Shown here: piece by piece, positions 56,280 through 64,000 of the stretch
Layout of the letters: the number at the start of each line of letters is the position of its first letter
Position numbering within the stretch: position 1 is the first letter of the stretch
Source of the DNA: Eledone cirrhosa
Taxonomy: Eukaryota
Length of the DNA: 64,000 nucleotides
Reading direction: 5' to 3'
Assembly: GCA_964016885.1 (NCBI GenBank)
Contig: OZ024741.1
Coordinates: 275,094,001 to 275,158,000 of the forward strand
The notes under the pieces: model-generated
Seen by the model: only the letters and a program-made list of their open reading frames with translations
Told to the model about the DNA's origin: nothing
Databases searched by the model: none
Program-made: the position numbers and the translations under genes

Positions 56280-57270
56280 ATATATACACACACGGTGTAT
56301 ATACACCAACACACGTTGTATATACACCAACACACGCTGTCACCGGATAAAGGGTCTACTACCACTGTATATATACCAACACACGTTGTCTCTGGATAAA
56401 GGGTTTACCACCACTGTATATATACCAACACACGTCCCCAGATAAAGGGCCTGCTAGCACTGTATATAATATACACCAACATACGTTGTCCTCGGATACA
56501 GGGCTACCCCTATTCTACCATACTGCCGTTCACACAGATCGTACGTCCTAACATGTTTTCCCTGGATAGAGACCTACCAACCACACTACCACTGTAATAC
56601 ACTCTATACATACACCAACCCTCTAAATATACACCAACACCCTATATATATACACCAACACTCTATATATACACCAACACTCTATATATATACACCAACT
56701 CGCAATATATACACCAACACCCTATATATATGCCAACACTATATATACTCTATATAACACTATATAACTATATATATAACACTATATATACTCTACACAA
56801 CACTATATAACACACGTTGTTACCCTGTATAGAGAGGGCTACCAACCACACTACCACTGTAATAGACTGACGTAATTCAGTGTATTACACAAGGGATATT
56901 TCTGGATACAAAGGGTTATCGTATCACCGTGGTAACATTGTATACCCTACCACATTATCCCAGGACAGAGGAAGGGCTTGTATACCCTATAACGTTACCC
57001 CGGGACAGAAAGAAGGTTTGTATATCCCACCGCGTTACCCAGGACAGAGATAGGGTTTGAATACCTTACAACGTCATTCCACGACTGAAGAAGGGCTTCA
57101 TTGCCCACTACGTTACCCCAGGACAGGAGTAGAGTTTGTATACCCTACTACATTACCAGAGGACATAGGGGCTACTATACTACCAGTGTAATACAATACT
57201 GAAATTCTCTGTATACCCGCTACATGTTATCCCATGATACGGAGGGGTTATAACTATACTACCACTATAT
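56280..57270. repeat. Degenerate ~50-60-bp tandem repeats
   Basis: Recurring TATACCCTAC..TTACCCAGGACAGAG..GGGTTTG and ATATACACCAACAC. Confidence 0.7.
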
Positions 57271-57385
57271 AACACAGCGTAATCCGCGGAAAAACTTATC
57301 TTTTTCTTATACTTCACACTGATTTACCAGACGAGATATCACCATTTATACAACGAAAGTTGTCCTGACATAGAGGAACATATAT

Positions 57386-57466
<81 letters not shown>

Positions 57467-57648
57467 GCTAACTGATACCAAGCCAGACAATACCTTCCGA
57501 GAGGGAACATCACTACTACTACTACTATTACTACCACTACGAGTAGTACTAGAAGTCATATATGAGCGGCTATTGGAGATAAACACAAGCCATGTGTATG
57601 TATACTAAGTGAGTGTATATGTGTATTTGTATATATTTATTTTTAATT

Positions 57649-57680
<32 letters not shown>

Positions 57681-58011
57681 TGTATGTATGTATGTGTGTA
57701 TGTGTGTATGTGTGTATGTGTGTATGTGTGTATGTATGTATGTATGTATGTATGTATGTATGTCTTAAGTGTAAGTCATACATCCATCTCACTCTTTCTC
57801 TCTCTCTCATATACACACATACATACACACACATACATACACATACACACATACATAATTAAAATAAGTAGGAACGAGTGTTCGAGTTGGTGAACCAACA
57901 ATAACATACATCTATCTATCTCTCTCTCTCTCTATATATATATATATACGCATGCATACATACACAGGCAGACTAACATACATACAAACACGCACTCACA
58001 CACATATATAC

Positions 58012-58044
<33 letters not shown>

Positions 58045-58332
58045 CACAAGCAGACAAACATACATACAAACACGCACATATGTGTGAGTATATATATATA
58101 TCTAGATATAAACATATGTGCGTGTTTGTATGTGTTTATGCTTGTGTATGTATATATATACACACACACACACACACAGACATATATGACGCTAACACTG
58201 TCAATGGTTGTAAATGTATGTGTAATGTGTGATATAACCAACTTAAACAATTTTACTGTTGTTAATGTTATTATTGATATTGTTGTTTATCGCGGCGTGA
58301 ACGGATGCGCAAACGTCGCATATTTTCCGGCG

Positions 58333-58399
<67 letters not shown>

Positions 58400-58545
58400 A
58401 CAAAGAAAGAGTGGTAAGAAACCAGGTGAATCACAACGCAACAGAGTACTTGATACTTATGGTAGTAGAGTGGGTAATAGGAAAATAGTCAGGACCCCGA
58501 CGGCTGAGCTCCGGCCGTTTCGGTAGCTAGATCGGATCTAGCTGT
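58400..58545 (-). mobile_element. GAAACGGC family copy 8
   Basis: Tail, CCCCGACGGCTGAGCTCCGGCCGTTTCG, then hairpin AGCTAGATC gg ATCTAGCT into (TA)n. Confidence 0.8.
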
Positions 58546-58711
58546 ATATATATATATATATATATAGCGAGAGAGAGAGAGAGAGGGGACGACAGAGATA
58601 CAGACAACAGACACAGAGCTGAAACCGGGGAACCACTAATCGTGGGAGTACTCAATGCATGGGGAGATGCAGAGTTGGTATAGAGATTTAAACATCTCTC
58701 CCTCCCTCTCA

Positions 58712-58747
<36 letters not shown>

Positions 58748-59098
58748 CGAAATCTAATATAGAAATGGCTTCTACAGGACTAGAACTGTTTCATTCGATC
58801 GAACCCGGGACTCACACATACACACAAACACACAGACATATATATATATATACTGTATATGCAACGGAAACATTGTTTCCTCGGTCCGATTTGACGAAAG
58901 TCGATCGACTGTCAATACACGCGTGTGTATATCTCATATTGTTATACTCTCGGATCTCGAATAATGCCCCCCCCCCCCTCACACACACACACTTCCCCGT
59001 TTATTAACTTTTCCACCACACCCCCGCCTTCACACACTAAATTTTACCTAATCTATCCCCGGCGAAATTTTATTTTAAGTGGTAGCATTCCTGCGACA

Positions 59099-59340
59099 GT
59101 GAAGGCGCATAGCTTAGTGGTTAGAGCATTGAGCTTGCAATCGAAAGGTTGTTAGATCAATTCTCGGACCGGGTGATGTGTTGTTTCCTTGAGCAAGACA
59201 CTTTATTTCACGTTGCTCCAGTTTACTCAGCTGTAGAAATGAGATGATAGGACTGGGGTCCCTGTCATTAAATTACCCAAGACATCTCCAAGATATACCT
59301 TGGAGGAGGCCAGCTAAACCTGCATAGGTGTGAGTTGTCA
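59099..59340 (+). mobile_element. tRNA-derived CORE-like SINE with 13-bp TSD, inside a MITE (58944-59586)
   Basis: A-box TAGCTTAGTGG; CCTTGAGCAAGACACTTTATTTCACGTTGCTCCAG; TSD CATTCCTGCGACA at 59086-59098 and 59341-59353. Confidence 0.85.
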
Positions 59341-59784
59341 CATTCCTGCGACAATTAATTTTCTTTAAACATTAAACAAAATTATACATGACAATAAAAT
59401 GTACATTACTAGAAATCTCATATGTTATAAAATAAATAGGATGGGTTGGGGTCTGAATATGTAAACTAAACGACTAATTCTGTTTTTTTAAAAAGTCATG
59501 AGGGACAACCAAGAAAAATTTCAGATTCCCCTTCCCCCTGTTTATTCCACGTTCTTCCTCTCCCCATCATTTCGAACTCGAGAGTATATACACATATATA
59601 TATATATATTTAATACATTAACAGAGAAAGCTTTAAGCAATACTCCGACCGGCTTCCGTCTCACTCAACAAACATTAGGATATACCTTAGTATAATCTCA
59701 ATTTTACGTTTGGGGGGGGGGGGGGGGGTAACTATACGTATTTTGCGGATAGCCAGTTGTATTATTTTATATGAGACATAATTA

Positions 59785-59834
<50 letters not shown>

Positions 59835-59908
59835 TAGAACACTGGAAGGTAATATTCGTAGTGTTAGACCCAAAATGAATATATACACCCACACACATAT
59901 CCGTGTGG

Positions 59909-59949
<41 letters not shown>

Positions 59950-60709
59950 ATGTTCAATTAAATGTCCCCCTCTCCACCTGAAAGTGAAAGTTTATAACGA
60001 TTATTTTGGGGGTAGAATGAAGAGAGAACATAATAATAATATACTTTCATTATTGTATATAATTCCGTTCGTTAATGCTTTCATTTACGGTACACTCCCG
60101 CTCTGTGTTTATAGTAAATGTAAACACGAAAAACTTTTCAGGATGCTTTTCAATTTCATGTTAATGGTTTCTCGTTTACGTACAAGGATAACAATTTTGG
60201 AGGTAGGGGAAAGTCAATTAAATCGATCCCAGAACATTACTGGTACTTTATTTTATCGACCCTGTATTGTAATTTTTTTATTTTTCTTTCGACAGTATAG
60301 TAGAATATTTAGTAAATTTATAGATCTACATACGTCAGGCGTTCGGTTGAAAATGATTGCGTGTGTGTGTGTGAAAGGACTGGTTTTTAGAAAACGAATG
60401 GGAAAGGGCTGAGACCACCAACCGTTAAAAACACACACACAAAAAAAAAAAATAGGAAAAATATTTATTATAAAGAAAACACCCTTTCCATCGTTCGGGA
60501 TTTCTGTTGTTGTTTTTAAACGAGTCATTTCCGATTGGTTGGGAGGTCAGATTCGTTAAAAACACGTAAAAAAAACTAAAAAAAACTAAAAAAAAAACTT
60601 GAAAAAATAAAAACAAAAACAAAAATATAAATAAACAATTTCCCTTCTAACTTGAGACAGGTGTAAATCTATAAATTTACCGAATATTTTGCCGTGGTCG
60701 TGGGATGTT

Positions 60710-61760
60710 AAGGTGGTGGAATGGCAGTTTCATTTGAACGTCACACAAATACTTAGCAGTATTCGTTCAGGTCTTCTGTGTGTTCTGAGTTCAAATCCTG
60801 CCAAGACCAACTTTACCTTTCATCCTTCTGAGGTCGATAGAATAAAGTACCAATGAAATACAGGGCTCGATTTAATCGAATTTCGTCACCCTTCACTCCA
60901 AATTAGAAACCATTACTCTCTGAGTTCAAATCCCGCCGAGGTTAACTTTACCTTTCATCCTTACGGGGTCGATAAAATAAAGTACCAGTAATATACTGGG
61001 TAATTGCTGGCCTTGTGCCTAAAGTAGAAACAATTATTTTAGAGTAATGGTTCAAATCCCGCCGAGGTTAACTTTACCTTTCATCCTTACGGGATCGATA
61101 AAATAAAGTACCAGTAACACACTGGGGTCGATTTAATCGACTTACTTCTCCCCCCAAAATTTTGGCCATGTGCCTAAATCAGAAACCATTATTTTAGGGT
61201 AATAGTTACGTCCCTTTACGATCTGAGTTCAAATCCCGCCGAGGTTGACTTTGCCTTTCATCCTTACGGGGTCGATAAAATAAAGTACCAGTAATGCACT
61301 GGGTAATTGCTGGCCTTGTGCCTAAAGTAGAAACAATTATTTTAGGGTAATAGTTACAGCCCTTTACGTTCTGAGTTCAAATCCTGCTGAAGTCAACTTT
61401 GACTCTAATCCTTCCAGGGTTGATAAAATAAAGTACCAGTAAAGTACTGGGCTAGATTTAATCGAATTTCCCTACCTCTCACCCAAAATTCCTGGCCTTG
61501 TCCCTAAATTCGAAACCATTATTTTGGGGTCCATGGATTAAGAGAGTTGTAAGAACGTCTGACAAATGCTTAGCAGTATTTCTTCTAAGTCTTTATATTT
61601 ACAATCTGAGATCAAATCTGGTCGAGATTAACTTTGCCTTTTATCCGTCTATGATCAATAAAGTAAAGTATCAGGCAAGTACTGGAGTCGATATAATCGA
61701 TTTTCCATTCCACCCTCACGCCCCGCACATTGCTGGCCTTCTGCCTAAATTAGAATTCCT
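60710..61760 (+). mobile_element. Array of six SINE copies
   Basis: Six cores; junction TTATTTTAGGGTAATAGTT repeated. Confidence 0.9.
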
Positions 61761-62017
61761 TATTTGGTCCGTTAAACCAAGAGTTTACTGTATTTACAAC
61801 ATTGTTCTTGCCGGTTCTGTTTGTTTAACCTCATTTGAAATTACTTTATAACAAGTTCACTCGACCTTCTCTTACTTTTTACATGTATTTATGGAGCCAT
61901 AATTCTTGGTTGAGTCGTAGGTGCACCGTTGTGGCATACGGTGTGTCCTTGGCACTTTTAAAACCTGGTGGAGCCCATCTCACCTGGTCTGAATATAACC
62001 GATTTCTTCCAGAGAGA

Positions 62018-62081
<64 letters not shown>

Positions 62082-62082
<1 letters not shown>

Positions 62083-62235
62083 TAGGGCGAGTAAAATTCC
62101 CGAGATCCATGGACGAGTTCTCTCCAGCGGTCTCTGTCCCTCATTATCGCTGACATGTCCTCCGTCTCCAACAGACCAGTGTCAGTCCTTAGAGCATCAA
62201 CATACGTTAACCTTGGTCTTCCTCTTCCAGTGATT
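62082..62235 (-). mobile_element. LINE (RTE-like) C-terminal fragment
   Basis: GRGRPRLTYVDALRTDTG..MRDRDRWRELV. Confidence 0.65.
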
Positions 62236-62579
62236 TCTCCCAAATGAAACAGTTCTAGTCCTGTAGAAGCCATTTCTATATATATATATAGAGAGAGAAG
62301 GGGGAGGGAGAAAGGGAACGTGAGAAAGAGATATAGCGGAAGAGTTGACCTCAGTATTGGAATGGTACTTTTTATCGACCTCAAAATGATGAAAGGCAAA
62401 GTTGACCTTGGTAGGATTTGAACTCAGAGCAGGACCAAATACCACAAAGCATTCTATCTAAAGCTCTAACGACTCTGCCAATTCACCGTCTCTTTGTATT
62501 TATACAATTAATTTTCGTTTCCTCAATACTGTCCGGACAAAAACAAAAACAGCTTTGGTGAAATTAGGAAATCAGTCTC

Positions 62580-63300
62580 TTCTTCACCCACGTATTCCTG
62601 AGAGGGTCGTGCGGGGCAGAGTCCTCAAACACTCATTCCAGCGGATCCTGTCAGAAGCAACCGTCTCCAACTGATCCGGCTGGATCCCCAAGCATGACCA
62701 GCCAATCTCATGGATGTTATCCAACCATCTTGCTTGGGGTCTACCCCCTGGGCCTCCTGCCGGTTGGTTTTACCTGTAAAATCTGTCCAGCGATTCTTTC
62801 CTGAGACATTCTTACCACATGTCCATAGTATCGGAACTGTGATCTCCCAATTTAGAGAAGTAGCGGGCTCTACCTTGAGTGACTATCTGATCTCCGAGCT
62901 ATGTACTTTATCAAGTGACATCACACCAAAGACCCTTCGGAGGAACCCCATTTCGGCCGCTTGTATTCGCGATCGTATTCTTTCTGTCATTATCCAAGAT
63001 GTATAACCATAGGTAAGGGTAGGCACGAATACCGAACTGAAGATGGTGAGTTTGGCTTTACACCTACCTCTCTTCTGCCTCCCGAATGCTGAAGCTGGTG
63101 CATTACTGCACCATCTCCTGCAATTCTTGCACTTAATTCAGCCTCCTGCCTTACAACACTCGTGAACACAGCCTTGAGATATTTGAACTTCTCCACCTGC
63201 TTCAGTGGAACTCCGTTAGTATAGAGACATCGGGGCAGCAAGAAGCTGACCATCGATCATACTCCTGCACAATCTTCCACGGCAGTTGAGATGTTATAGT
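62580..63300 (-). mobile_element. RTE-clade LINE 3' fragment
   Basis: LKQVEKFKYL..ELSARI; MTERIRSRIQAAEMGFLRRV; RPRG.P..W; frameshifted. Confidence 0.88.
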
Positions 63301-63639
63301 GACCCCTATAAAATAGATTGCGAACTCCGAACTTTTTGTAGTAAAAAATATGGCCGCAATCCTCCTCCGCCTTTTACAATCAATTGTTGACCCACGGTCG
63401 GCTGAGTAACCCTGACCATCAGTGGGATTGGAACTCAGCACGCAAAGTGCCGCAATGCATAACCACAAGACGTCTCGTCTGACGCTCTAATAATTCTACT
63501 AATCAACTAACGTGGGCTGATACTTTGTTCTATTGACCTTGGAAGGATAAAAGACAAAGTTGACCCTGATGGGATTTGAATTGAGAGAAGGAGGACGGAA
63601 CGAATATAACAAGATATTGTCTCTGACTCCCTAAACATA

Positions 63640-63825
63640 TTGTTTCTACTTTTGGCACAAGGCCAGCAATTACCCCAGTGTATTACTGGTACTTTATTTT
63701 ATCGACCCCGTAAGGATGAAAGGCAAAGTTAACCTGGCGGGACTTGAACTCAGATCAGAAAGGGACGTAACTCTTTGCTGCAAAGCATGGCGTCAGACCC
63801 TCTAGCGATACTGCCAAACCACCGC
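63640..63825 (-). mobile_element. Full SINE with TSD
   Basis: TSD GACTCCCTAAAC(A/G)TATTG on both sides. Confidence 0.9.
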
Positions 63826-63912
63826 ATTGACTCCCTAAACGTATTGCTAACTCTATTGGACGTTTCAGCTCTTTCTTCGATTGAAATTGTTTTTATATAA
63901 TTAAAACACTCA

Positions 63913-63947
<35 letters not shown>

Positions 63948-64000
63948 ATTGGAATAGACATACATACAGACACATAGATAAATAGATTACTTTCTAGTTA

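Noticed and set aside
59101-59172. Functional tRNA gene
   Set aside because: Degenerate T-arm; continues into a SINE body bounded by a 13-bp TSD.

Overview
AT-rich, microsatellite-saturated animal genomic DNA. The repeat content resembles an octopus/cephalopod intron or intergenic region; the species is an inference. No intact protein-coding gene is evident, and most ORF-track entries are translations of (TA)n, (CA)n and (GGT)n repeats. Identifiable content: about 30 copies of a tRNA-derived SINE (MetaSINE-like core), two CORE-like SINEs, a decayed near-full-length Penelope-like element (PLE; RT plus C-terminal GIY-YIG) and a second PLE 5' fragment, Tx1/L1-clade LINE fragments sitting in (GATA)n tracts, RTE LINE 3' ends, several DNA-transposon MITEs, and minisatellites. 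The main unexpected signal is about 20 type I hammerhead ribozyme (HHR) motifs, read by eye, from more than 10 apparently unrelated short sequence families, mostly within or beside (TA)n tracts. They include U3-A8 compensatory cores, an 8-nt core variant, one with a branched ~100-nt stem II, frequent fold-back duplications next to the ribozyme, and an 8-copy family in which the HHR appears converted into a perfect palindrome. Three speculative, phase-compatible minus-strand exon candidates are also noted. Repeat coordinates are approximate.
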